A stretch of 64,000 nt of DNA from Kudoa neothunni (Eukaryota > Animalia > Cnidaria). A program made the translations under genes and the position numbers. Below, in pieces: positions 52,801-64,000 of the stretch (the first letter of the stretch is position 1; each line of letters begins with the position of its first letter). The notes beneath the pieces are model-generated. The model made no database searches. It saw only the letters and a list, made by a program, of their open reading frames with translations, and had not been told where the DNA came from. Location: NCBI GenBank assembly GCA_964304625.1, contig OZ199838.1, forward strand, positions 7,611,266-7,675,265, written 5' to 3'.

Positions 52801-55688
52801 ATATTAAGATACGTATTGGGATCGAAAATTAAGGATGTTTTCATTGGATTTCATACTCTTCGTGGCAGAACAGCGGATGGTGTGACGGAATGTGTATTTA
52901 AAAACATATATAAATACAACATCGAAGAGAAATTAGTCGCACGATTGTATGATTGAACAATAGTTATGGCATTCCATTTAAATGGAATTCAGTCAAAAGT
53001 TGGACAAAAGATATCGACCGCGCTGTTCACTCACTGTTATGTCCATAAGTTAAATCTTGTGTTGTCACAATCGGCCAAATTTATTTCTGATTGTACGAGC
53101 CTTTTCAAGACTAATGAAGTACTTTCTTATTTTTTCAAAAATTCAGCTAAACGGGTTCAATTTCTTGAGGAGATTGTGTTGAGACGCATTCCAACAGCAG
53201 CGGCAACGAGATGGAATTCAAATTCAAAATTAGTGCAGATGATATTAGAGTATCACGGTGATCTTCGCAAACTTTTCTACAATGTAAACAACAATCCCTA
53301 ATTTTGGGATTCAGACACTTTATTTCGAAGTATTGGACTTTACAATTGGCTGAAAAACAACTCAACATACTTTTTACTGATGATATATAATGAAATTTTC
53401 GTTTTAGCTGACGCGCTCTTCCATATATTGCAGACGAAAATGATAGACATTGCGTATTGTATCGAAAGAATCAATGTAACAATAATAAAACTTGAGGATA
53501 AGCGCATAATATTTAAGTCATTGTATTATAATTTCGAGAAATATTGTCAAAAAATATCTTAATTAGACCTATCCTTCCCCTCAATGTGACACAAAAAATG
53601 AAAAAGCGATATTATTGGATACAATAGTCAATGATATAATAAAGAACCTGAGAACGAGATCTAATGATTTCGAAAATCTCAAGTTTATTTCATTGATTAA
53701 TGGAAATAATTTTGACAATTTATCATGCCAAATTGACACAAGTGCCCTTGAAAGTCTGCAAACGAATTATGAAAAAAGCTTTGACATTTTAAGACTGAAA
53801 GGTGATTTGGCCGGAATTTATAATGCTCACATATTCAATGAATAGTCCCCTACAAAATTGTTCGATTTTATCTCCAAAAATCAACTGGACCAAATATTTC
53901 CCGAAGTTGTTAACTTGTTACAATTAATTTTAACGATTCCTGCAACAACCATTTCTGTAGAAAGGTCGTTTTCTGCATCGAAACGAATTAAAAGCTACAC
54001 AAGAAACAGGATGGCAAACCAACGACCTTCTTCCCTCGCATTAATATCGATTAAAAGGTGATTGATACCTTAACTACAACAAAAGAAAGAAGAATAGGTT
54101 TCCTTTATAAGTAGAAAGATACAAAGCACCAGCTTTCAAATATTTTTGTAATCTTAACTTACAGCAATAATTTATCCGCTTTATTTGGGACTATCATAAC
54201 ATTATTGGTTTGTATTATAAAATATTGTAAAAACAATATCTTTGTTATCTAATTTAGATGTCTATATAACATAGGACAGAATCGAAAATTTAAATTAAGA
54301 ATGTTCTATGGCGTTAACTAGACATTACCTCCATAATAATTGTTAAGAATGGAGTATTATTAATTTCATGATATATAAGTCATTATAATATAAAAATTTA
54401 TCATTCAATTATTATTATAACCTATTTAATTTGATAAGGAGACGTCCACATTCCAAATAAATCGTTGGAATATAAATTAATTGCATTCTCACGCATAAAT
54501 GTTAATTTAATCAAGTAAATATTTTAAAATCCTGAAAAATTCTACTTCTAATTGTAGTATTTTATTTTTAGTCTACAGATACAATTTAGAAATTACAATT
54601 TCCGGTCAATAAGTCATTACAAAATTTATTGAGCAATAATTATTACTCATTAAATCAAAACTAATTTTCTTGAAAAATTATTTATAGATTCGACATTTTT
54701 TAGTTTCCTATATGAAAATATAAATAGTTAAAATTTTGGTTGAAATTTTCTTGTACGTAGACACCGGCTGCTGCCTACCCAGAGCAAATGCCCACGGCAC
54801 GTGCCTGATATTAAAACACAAAACTAGTTATAACTTAAATATTAATGAAAAGACAATTGTTTTTTTTGTTAAAATTATGATTTAAAAATTAATAAACATC
54901 TAGAATAGAATCAGACATTAACTCCAACTTTTTGAGCCATGATGTTTGAAATAGTCGCCAAGCTCATCTAAATAAAATAAGGTGGTCATCTCTAAAATTC
55001 GCAATTTTTTATCAACAAAATCATCATCTGTTTCTGAATTATTGGGGAGGGACTGTCATTGCGCCATTGTTATTTCTATGAAGTAGAGAGAACATCATCA
55101 TAAACCACATTACTATGTATCTGCAACATGTGTCTATTTTTATCCTTCATTTTTCAACTAGCTACCACATTGATGTAACTATAAAAAATTACTCATTGTT
55201 TAATCACACGGCCAAAACAAAAAGGTAGGTACAGCCGGCCCTCGCGCGACTTTATTTTTTTTCGTGATAATTATGTTTATAAACTATTTAAAGCGAGTAA
55301 TAATGATATAAAGTCATTTAAATGCGAGAGAACGTCTTAATATGTAAAATAACTAATGTACGTATGATCATCCCACTATTGTTGTGGTCAAATCGGCAAA
55401 TCTCGTACGAGGATTACGTTAGTTTTTGAATCTTGTTTAGTTTATCAACTAGTTTTATTGCTGCCGCATATGCTACACCGTATGTCCTTAACATTATTCA
55501 GGTGGTATCAGAAAATTTCGTCATCCATATTTTTTGCCAGTATTGTGCGATTTTGTCTATATAATTTTTTTATTTGTTGGTGATGAAGTTTTAAAAATTG
55601 TTTAAATTCATAATATTAAATAAAAGAGGGGGGTCTAATAGATCCCAAAAGCCCTAAATGTATAGTCGATTTTGAAGCGCTCGGAAGG
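49891..55688. mobile_element. Very decayed piggyBac remnant(s) surrounding a hAT insertion
   Basis: TTAA+ACTTCCGAGTGCTT at the left and AAGCGCTCGGAAGG at the right, GGGGTCTA.TAGA.CCC subterminal palindromes, and KKPGSINYYNKIK*AIDTVD near 50680-50740. It may be two separate remnants. Confidence 0.55.
51521..54807 (+). mobile_element. Degenerate hAT element with ZMYM1/Tip100-like transposase
   Basis: TIR CAGRCACGTGCCGT, motifs LTFRGDNE, NRGNYLEL, SNRIQNDLI, DETTDIS, HCYVHKLNLVL, TRWNS, PATTISVERSFS. The 8-bp flanks do not match. Confidence 0.92.
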
Positions 55689-56039
55689 TTCTGCAGACAT
55701 CCAAATGGACGCATCTTCTTTAAGTATACATATAGATAAACTATATAGGATGTATCTTGTAATCTTGGATATATAACTTTAGATTGGACAACTAAAAACG
55801 TTCAAAACTACTTGCAGAAGTTCGACATAGATAGACGTCGCCATGAATTAACGAATATAATCCTATTATTGAAACCACGTAATCCGCTTAACAAATCTAA
55901 CATCGATGACAACACAAGTTTCTACATTAATTTTGAACCTCAATCATTGTAATAACAAATGAAAGAATTTTTAAATTATCTTAAACTATTAAAAGTTACA
56001 TAAATATCTATCTCTAAGGAAAAAAATTTCCGCACGTGC

Positions 56040-56125
56040 GTACTTGGGCACACACAAACACATACCGACAGTCCTCCTTTAAATATATAAAGCACTAGCG
56101 CAAAAACCTCGCTTCGCTTGGGTTT
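56040..56125 (-). mobile_element. Helitron-like termini (3' hairpin-CTAG next to a 5'-like end)
   Basis: The minus strand reads CCCAAGCGAAGCGAGGTTTTTGCGCTAGT followed by CTTTATATATTTAAAG..TGTGTTTGTGTG, resembling non-autonomous Helitron ends. Confidence 0.4.
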
Positions 56126-57642
56126 CCTTGCCCGACCACGCTGACTTAGGCCTTGAATAGGCCAAGGTCATTTTATGTGAAGAGCCAATTATAATTATTT
56201 TATCGTTCTTTTGACGACAAAGTTGATCGAAATAAACAGCAATGACCCGATCATCCACACTTTATTCTTGATTGGACTTTATTTCTATTTAGAAATCATA
56301 AGTTCTTACACCTCATGTGGCGTATTAATCACTTTAACTAACCCGTCGATGAACTAACTAATCTATAAGTTTGTTAACACTGTTGCATTTAATAAGAACG
56401 TATTAACATCATTTGATGTTTATTTAAAAATTAAAAAATATTTAAAACCACTTATCTTCATTTTAAAGTGCAATGTAAATAATTTATTCAATCGTATTAG
56501 TCTCCTGTTTAAACAACAAATCTTCGTTTACACCGAAACCCGCCCACGCATCAACGAATGTTGTAGAGCATGTTAATTTAGTTTAAAGTATAAACAAGAA
56601 TAAAGTTAAAGTTACAATTGTATTTAAATAATATTAATTAAAGTTATCTACGCATATCATTGAACATAAGGCGAATCACGTGATAAAGTAATCTTATTAT
56701 TGTCAGCGCTAATCTGTTTACAAAAAGTTGACACTACCAATTCACCACTTTATAAGAAAGTACACAAGCCCGTTGTATTTTTTTAAAGTATACTAAGAAA
56801 CTCAAATAGTTCAAAAAGTCTCCGTATGAGGAGATAGATTTTTTGTAGATGAGCGCGAAATTTATTTTTCCGGCAAAACATCGCCATATCAGCCTCTTCC
56901 AAAATTTTATCCACACATTAAATTACTTCACAAAAGTAGTATCCACAATGGAACCTGAAATAAAAATCGTATACAACAAAATTAAACGCCAGACAGTTGT
57001 TCTTATACGAAGAGTATTCAACGTCTAGTGATTTTTATATTATAAAATTGTTTTATTTGTCGTTTACTAATAAAACTAGGAAATATTAATTATGTGTAGT
57101 AGATTATTTTAATCGGACTTACTCGTATTAAAAGATCAGCTTCTCGCATTCCATTTGAGTCAAATTTACCTTTTAATGATCACACATTTAAAAAATTCCA
57201 CTATTTACTTTAAGGAGGGAGGCACTATAATTCCACATCTACTAATTTACGTCTTTTGCTGCTATTTAACGCATTGAAATTAAGTGCCATAGATAAATAA
57301 AAAGTTTTGTTGTAACTAGAGCTCACGTAAGAACGTATTAACTTGGATATTTCAATATATTTCGTTTTATTTTCCGATTAACGTAAGCCAAAATATCACA
57401 GGTGGACTATTCATATCGCTATATAAATGTGGCCGACAAATTTTACTGATTAAAATAATTAGTCTTGTTTATCACTTCTAACTTATCAATGTATTTAAAT
57501 TGAAATTTTTTTCCTTGCAATAGTACCAGTATTTTTTATATTAATTTGCGCATACTATTGAACTATTTGGTAATCAACTTCCTATATTGAAGATTAATCT
57601 TAATCCTTATTCTGCATCGGCCGGTATTCAACTTCAGAGCAA

Positions 57643-59361
57643 ATGGCCACCACCCCCAAAACTGTGCTTGATAGATTTTCCACTATTAAATTATTGGTAA
57701 TACGTGTATTCGTGTTGCTCGTTCAATTTTTATCCATGGGAGTGGGTAGTGGTTTCACAATTTTAATTTGCAGCTTCGATGTGTGTTTTCCATTCTTACG
57801 GCTTTTTGATAAATTCGATTGTTTTATTGATTTTTTAACATTGAATCCACTTATTTTTTTGTTTACATCATTCTGTAACCGAAAAGTATTACCAACTTAA
57901 TGTGTATGTCGATTTCATAGTGATACCTAATAGGTTTACTTTCACGGAGAAATTCCTGAAAATATTGAAGACGAATCAACCCTTATTATCTGTAACCATC
58001 AATCTGCTGCCGATGTTCCCGTAGTGTCGTCAATTGTGCATCAATTCTTGAAACGTCGTGCAAATGTTAGATTTCTGACAAAAAACTCGTTGTTTTACAT
58101 TCCATTTTTTGGCCCAGCCCTGTTATTTGTAACATTGTAAATATTAATTAAGATAATTGATGTTCTATTAAGAAAAATAAAATGTCGTTCAGAAGAAAAA
58201 ATACAATTGATGACTTGTCATCTGTAAATACGTAATTTAAATGATATATCACTTTTTTTATTACTTTTTATTTTATAGATATTCCAAAACTTTTATATCT
58301 TCTGAGAGAAAAGTATTATCATTTCCCGAGTGGAGCTAACTTATGTTCGTAGTCGACAACGATAATTTTTCCAGAAGGAACTAGGTTTGCGAAGAATAAT
58401 GTTCAAAAGAAATCGTCAGAATTCCTTGTATCCATAGGTATTGTTTTATTTATTTTGAAATTTGATTGGTATTGAAGCGTTTTATTATTTGGACATTTTC
58501 TAGGCCAACAACCTACCAAATATGTTCTCGCACCCAGACTTAAAGGAGTTGAGGTAATGAGATCTACATTCACATACTATCAAAACAAAAATTTGTAGAA
58601 AATCTTCCAGACTTCTGCTCAACATATAGATTCCATTATAGATATCACTATCTGTTTCCGCCGGATGAATACAGTTGATTCACTTATCAACAGCACAGTG
58701 GATGCTCCATCCTATTTGGACCTTATCGCAGACGATAACATTCAAATTCACGTCCATTTTAGAAAAATTCCATTCGAAATAATCGAAAAATTGCCCGCAG
58801 ACTGTTCCTACCTTTATACCATTTTTCAAGAGAAAGATCATTTTATTAGAATTATCGATGAAACACCCCTTGAATTTGATATTCCAAAATTAAATCTTTT
58901 GAACCTTGATGAACTTGAAGCTAAGTTCAGCAAAGGGAATGGTAGGATTAAAAAATCGTGTAATAATGATTCTATGGGGTATGTATTTGTTGGTTGGTTG
59001 TCTTCAGCGATGATCTAATTTCAATTGGTATATGATTTTTAGAGCCAGTAATCATGAATTAGAATCGGAAAACTTTTATTTGGATACTGAATCTATAAAG
59101 GATCGAGCAACTACAGCTAACACTATTAATCAAAATATTTCAATCGTTTCCAGCACTAGTTATTCAAATATTCCTTGTGCCGAAGCGGTTTCTCTTCCAT
59201 GGATATTTCCGTGTGTTGTTTGTACCATATGCATCTCTGTGCTTGTTTCATTATTTTTTTTCCTTGGAACCAAAAACTTTTTCATGTTTTCATCTGTGAT
59301 AGCTGCCATCGGTTACGCTAGAGTTTTGGCAAGTGATATGATATTTTGGCTGTCGTCGTAA
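57643..59361 (+). CDS. 1-acylglycerol-3-phosphate / lysocardiolipin acyltransferase (AGPAT5/LCLAT1-type), multi-exon
   Basis: N-terminal hydrophobic segment, LIICNHQSAAD (NHxxxxD), KNSLFYIPFFG, IIFPEGTRF, YVLAPRLKG, DSIIDITI, IHVHFRKIP, C-terminal hydrophobic helices. Confidence 0.88.
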
Positions 59362-61216
59362 ATCTGTCGATCAATGAACTTTCATCATTGTTTGAAAATT
59401 CTGTTTAATTTTATTTATCTTTGAAACTTTACTTTTTATTTCATCTTAAAATTCTCTAAAATTTATGCTGACGTCGAAGGAGTGCTACGAAAATATACAA
59501 GTTAACTCTTCTTATGAAACAAATATCTAACAGTATAAACTCTTTCTCTAGCCTACTTTAGCCATTCAGGAATTCTTTTTCCTATTGCATATAATCGTTT
59601 GAACTTAGGAGCTCCTGGAGTTATGTTTTATCTTTAATAAAATGCGACGAGAAAAAAATCCAAAACCTGACTTTTCTCCATGAATTCAAATTTTGGAGCA
59701 TCTATCATCTACTCTCTAGAATGGATATTGTGTGCATTTCTTATTATTATCAGTGGTGGGGAAATTTAATATTTAACTATAATTGTTATCCGATTGTTAC
59801 AATAATTGACTTAAATAAAGTACAAACATGTATACTTTTGTGTATATTATTTTGAGACCATTAAGCAGAAAGAATTTATCTCCATAAATATGACTTGGAC
59901 GGCAGATATTATTTGACGAAGGATTTCTTCCTAAAAAAACTAGTTGTTAATAGGGTTTCTAAAAAGCGCGATGCATTTCACGCCATATCACGCGTGTGAC
60001 GTGACAACCGTAGAAACTCTAGTTGTTAACGTACCGTCGAATGTTCACCAGGTATATGACTAAATTAGAGAGCTGTGTTTCTTCGAAAATAAGGCAAAGT
60101 GAAATTTTTGGTTGTGCGTTTAACACAAAACTAATTGGAAACATAGTCCTAACAGCATTTTCCAAGGTAAAATTAACATAGGATTGAGTTTTATTTTACA
60201 ACTTCATTTATCAAACATAATTTATATTAAGACTTACAAATCGATGTTGATTAAGATAGGAATTCCTACTTTTATGAGTACATCTTATTAAATTATCCAA
60301 TTTCCAGGAATATATGATCCCTCTTGTCAAAGATGTACGTATCTTTATGGGTTCTAGTTTACGTTTAAAAATAGGTACATTTACCAAAATCACAATATCT
60401 TATATGAGTTTATTTTTTTCGCGGAAGAATTTTAATTCTGGAAATGAATAAATTAAACATTTTTGTTTGGAATAACTACCTAAAAATAATTTTTTTAACA
60501 CGATTAATGACCAGCTCAGTAAATATTATTAAAGCATATGTATCTATTCCTAAATGCAAAGTAATAATGTTTGTTGCGAAATTCGTTTTTCAATATTCCT
60601 CAATAAATCATACGATATAAAATAAATTGAGGCAACGAATTTCAGAAAAAATAACTTTACAACATTTAATTTGATTTAAAGTAAGAATTCTTATGGTCAT
60701 TATCAACTTAGATAAACCTATATCTGTTTCGTGATAACGTTTGTATAGTCAAAATCACATGATAATTCGTTTCAGAATATTGTGTATTTTTTTAATATCA
60801 CAAGGTTCTTTAAGATATATTGCAAAATTCTATTACAATATTTTATTTATTCTGATTTATTTATTGAGAAGAGTGGCTGGAGCTGTTTTTAATTGATTTT
60901 CATTTTATAATTATTTAAAATAAACTGGTTATTATAATGACGGAAAAGGTTTAAGGGATTAATTAGAACTTCAACGTTAGTTCAAATACCACCAAAAATC
61001 ACGCGTGATCGTGTTGATCCTCAAGTCGCCAGAAGTTTAACGAGTATTGAAAGATTCCATTACAAGAAGATACTGTGTAATTCTTTATATTTTATTTCAA
61101 TTTCTCCAAAATTTCAACAGTTTTATTTCGTGAATTTTGTTATTCCTCGGTTAAATTGCAGAAAAGAGACCATTTTCAGGGAGTTCAAAGCTTGGAGTTT
61201 TTTCGTTTTTATACAA

Positions 61217-61248
61217 AACTAGCGAGAATTGCCAGCGTTGCTTAGGGA
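61217..61248 (-). mobile_element. Helitron-like 3' end
   Basis: The minus strand reads CCCTAAGCAACGCTGGCAATTCTCGCTAGT. A 5'-like TCCTAATATATAAAG..GTGTGTGTGTG lies near 61718. Confidence 0.35.
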
Positions 61249-63735
61249 AGATTTTGCATCGATAAGTTTCTTAATAATATTCAAAAAATATATTCAAGTT
61301 TCAAATTAACCCATAGATGCAAAATAACTAAAAATTTTTACGTGACATACTTTCAACGATACGGATGAGCGAAATTTAAATTAAGATTATTTCTGTGAAG
61401 GAAAGTATCAATCTCGGCGTCAATTTAATAATTTATTGTCAGTGTCGTATTTTTTTGCATTCCCGAATTATTTAAATCCCGTTAAAATGTTACCCTAGAC
61501 GTTATTTCTGGTCCGCTCAGAAAGATTGTGCGCCACTGTATACGGAAAGCCCAATAAATAGAAAAAGATATAGAGATGAGATAGAAGAAAATTTACGAAA
61601 ATTGATTTTTATTAATCAAATTATTATCTCTTGGCCCGGCTTAAACTTTAATGCACTCTTTATCAAAAACGCATACAAATCGCGTCAATATCAACCCCGT
61701 TATTGTAAATAATCATATCCTAATATATAAAGTAGTAGTGTCCCTGTGTGTGTGTGCAAATTATATTCTTATACAGAGACTTTTATAAACTTTTTTCCAA
61801 TTGGCGATACTTATAAAAATGTATTTAGGATTCAACAAAAAAATAATTGTAATATACCTTAAATTAGTGGTTATTTTAGATGTATACATTTTGAGAGTAG
61901 ATTAACAAACGCAATAAACCGGATTATCTATGGTTAATCTATTTACCTAATCAACGATCCAGACAATGCCCGTTCGTGTCATGAGCGAACGAAGTTTTCT
62001 TCATAATTATAAACACGAACGAAACCATTCGTGCGTTTCGTGTGCGAGGGTGGTGATGAAGTATGTGGTGAGACCTTGTTACTTGACCATAGCGCTGGCG
62101 CGCGATTACGCACTATTATTAATATGTTGATACGCCACAGCGACACCTAAAAACACCCTCTTGCGAATGTTTTTCGAATTTCTTTTTTCATTATTTTCCA
62201 TGATAAACTAAAAGAATGTGGAGAACGAAAATTCAGCTCAAATTAATAACTTCTAAATTTTAAGAATTTTTCATCCGAACACTGAATTTTTTTCGTTTCT
62301 TTCTTAGTTATTAATGCAAAAGTTATTTATTATTACTATTTTGATTTTTTACTATTGTTGTATAACAATTTTATATGGACTAACTTTAATATAAACTTAT
62401 TGCTTGTCACACAAAAAGATCTCATTCTTCATTATAATGAATTACTTTTCGAATTTTGAAAAATAGATATCGATGTCGTACGATTTTTTTAGTCTATAAT
62501 TTTTTTAATTTAATTTATTGGTAGAAATTAAGAATTAATTAAATTTTTATTATTAAACTTTAGAAACCTAATTTTTTTAAATGACAATAGAAAACTGTTT
62601 TATATTGCAGTAACTGTAATATATTGAAAAAAAAATATTAAACTATATTTTTAGTTTTGTAAGTTTTTGTGTATGTCAAAATTTAGTAACAGCAAATTCG
62701 GGCCAATATACGAATTAAGAATATTACTAAGTGTAAACTCAGTACCTTAGCTAAGGTTATTATTTTGATCGATACACATATAATTGACTAAAACTAATAA
62801 ATGTATACAAACAACATTTTTTATTTTATCGAATGTTATACTAAACACACGTAAAAATTCCTCTAATAAAATAACTTCATATAATAAACCTTTAATTATT
62901 TACCCATTGAAATTAAATGTTTATCTAAAATATAATGTTTATTTATTTAAAAAAACTCATCAGTCTTGAGAATATTAAGAAAATGCATTTTGAGAGTACG
63001 TGGTTGTCCTCGTTTTTAAACTATTCATAATTAAAACCAATAAAAACATGTATAAATAAATCTGAAATTGTATAATTTATGTTTATATGCTAAAAAATAT
63101 GAAGAATAACCAGCTTATGAGTGATTATCAAAACGAATTAGACAACAATTCAGTGTTTGTTGAAAAAAAGATGGAGATTGCACGTGTGTCCGACAGCGTT
63201 CGGATGACAAATTCTTAAAATTAAGAAGATATTATTTTGAGCTAAATTTTATCTCTACGTATTATTTTGTTTAATTATGGATAATCGTGAAAAAAGATAT
63301 TCGAATAACATGCACAAGCGGGCGTTTTTTAGGTGGCGCATACTTTACCATTACCAAAAAGATCTTAGATATGAAATTAATATTAAATTTTAAGCGAAGA
63401 AAAATATGAGGCATTGAATGTAAGCAATTACGATCTTTACCTTGATTTACTGGAATTTTTGAGATATGTTACCTCATGTCATAATTTCATATTTTATTAC
63501 CAAATACAAATTTGATATCAGTTTTTTTTAAAAGATAATTAAATTAATTTAGGAAACAGAACCTCGTTATATTAATTTCCGCTATAGTCAAATCTGCCTA
63601 AACATTTTTTAGAATGATAAAAATACTTTCAAACCCTAATTTTATGTCTAATAGTTAGAAGTGAATTTTTGAAGTGGCTAAGTTAGGTCTGTTCAGTTTT
63701 CTTTTGAGATAATGCAAAATAAAACATAATAAAGA

Positions 63736-63756
63736 GGAGTGAATTAAATTCACTCC
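63736..63756. repeat. Hairpin GGAGTGAAT-TAA-ATTCACTCC
   Basis: 9-bp perfect inverted repeat with a 3-nt spacer. Confidence 0.7.
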
Positions 63757-64000
63757 AGAAGTGTCTTATTTTTAATATTATTAGTATAAACTACTAATTT
63801 TCTTAATGTGTTCGATTCAAGTCTATATCTAGACTTGGATAAAATTTTTCCAGCGTATGAAAACGCCCGTTCTGACATTGAGCTGGATGCTGGTCGGCTG
63901 TACACGTTAGTTGCAATTTTTTTAAGATTTTCATTCTTGGAGTTTTCCCATTAAACGAGCGGATTTTCGTAAACTTGGTTGACTTTTTCTCGGATGTACA

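Noticed and set aside
47189-54061. Domesticated ZBED/SCAND3/ZMYM1 host genes
   Set aside because: Multiple stops and frameshifts and flanking TIRs show these are decayed hAT transposons.
56700-57400. Possible small minus-strand gene head-to-head with the acyltransferase
   Set aside because: Some splice-like signals are present, but I could not build a coherent ORF.
59440-59935. Minus-strand peptides loosely resembling NDUFA7 (PSHIYGDKFF, PPLIII, ITPGAPKFKR)
   Set aside because: The pieces are preceded by in-frame stops without usable acceptors, so the resemblance may be chance. RNA-seq would decide.
1-64000. CRISPR arrays, operons, rRNA or tRNA genes, stop-codon reassignment
   Set aside because: I saw no regularly spaced repeats or RNA gene signatures. 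The reconstructed host exons read with the standard code, and the in-frame stops I found lie in decayed transposons.

Overview
AT-rich eukaryotic genomic DNA, not prokaryotic. Host genes have many very short (about 30-110 nt) GT-AG introns and highly diverged proteins. This is compatible with a reduced animal parasite genome such as a myxozoan cnidarian, but that assignment is inference. Roughly half of the window is decayed, often nested, class II DNA transposons: several piggyBac families, hAT (Buster-, SPIN- and ZMYM1/Tip100-like), pogo/Tigger, Tc1/IS630-like, mariner DD34D, a MULE fragment, a long-TIR MITE and Helitron-like ends. I recognised no retrotransposon and no intact transposase ORF. 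Host genes reconstructed by hand across introns are TFIIA large subunit, a small presequence-bearing membrane protein, an intronless tropomyosin-like gene, two inverted SCAMP paralogues, ATP synthase coupling factor 6, a very divergent RecA/RAD51-paralogue-like gene, an RRM protein, TRMT2A and an AGPAT/LCLAT acyltransferase. The most interesting observations are a pogo/Tigger clade carrying an intron at one conserved position in four divergent copies, hidden multi-exon genes missed by the ORF track, a Tc1 element with non-matching flanks, and dead transposons duplicated together with their lesions. I did not find a clearly novel multi-gene system.
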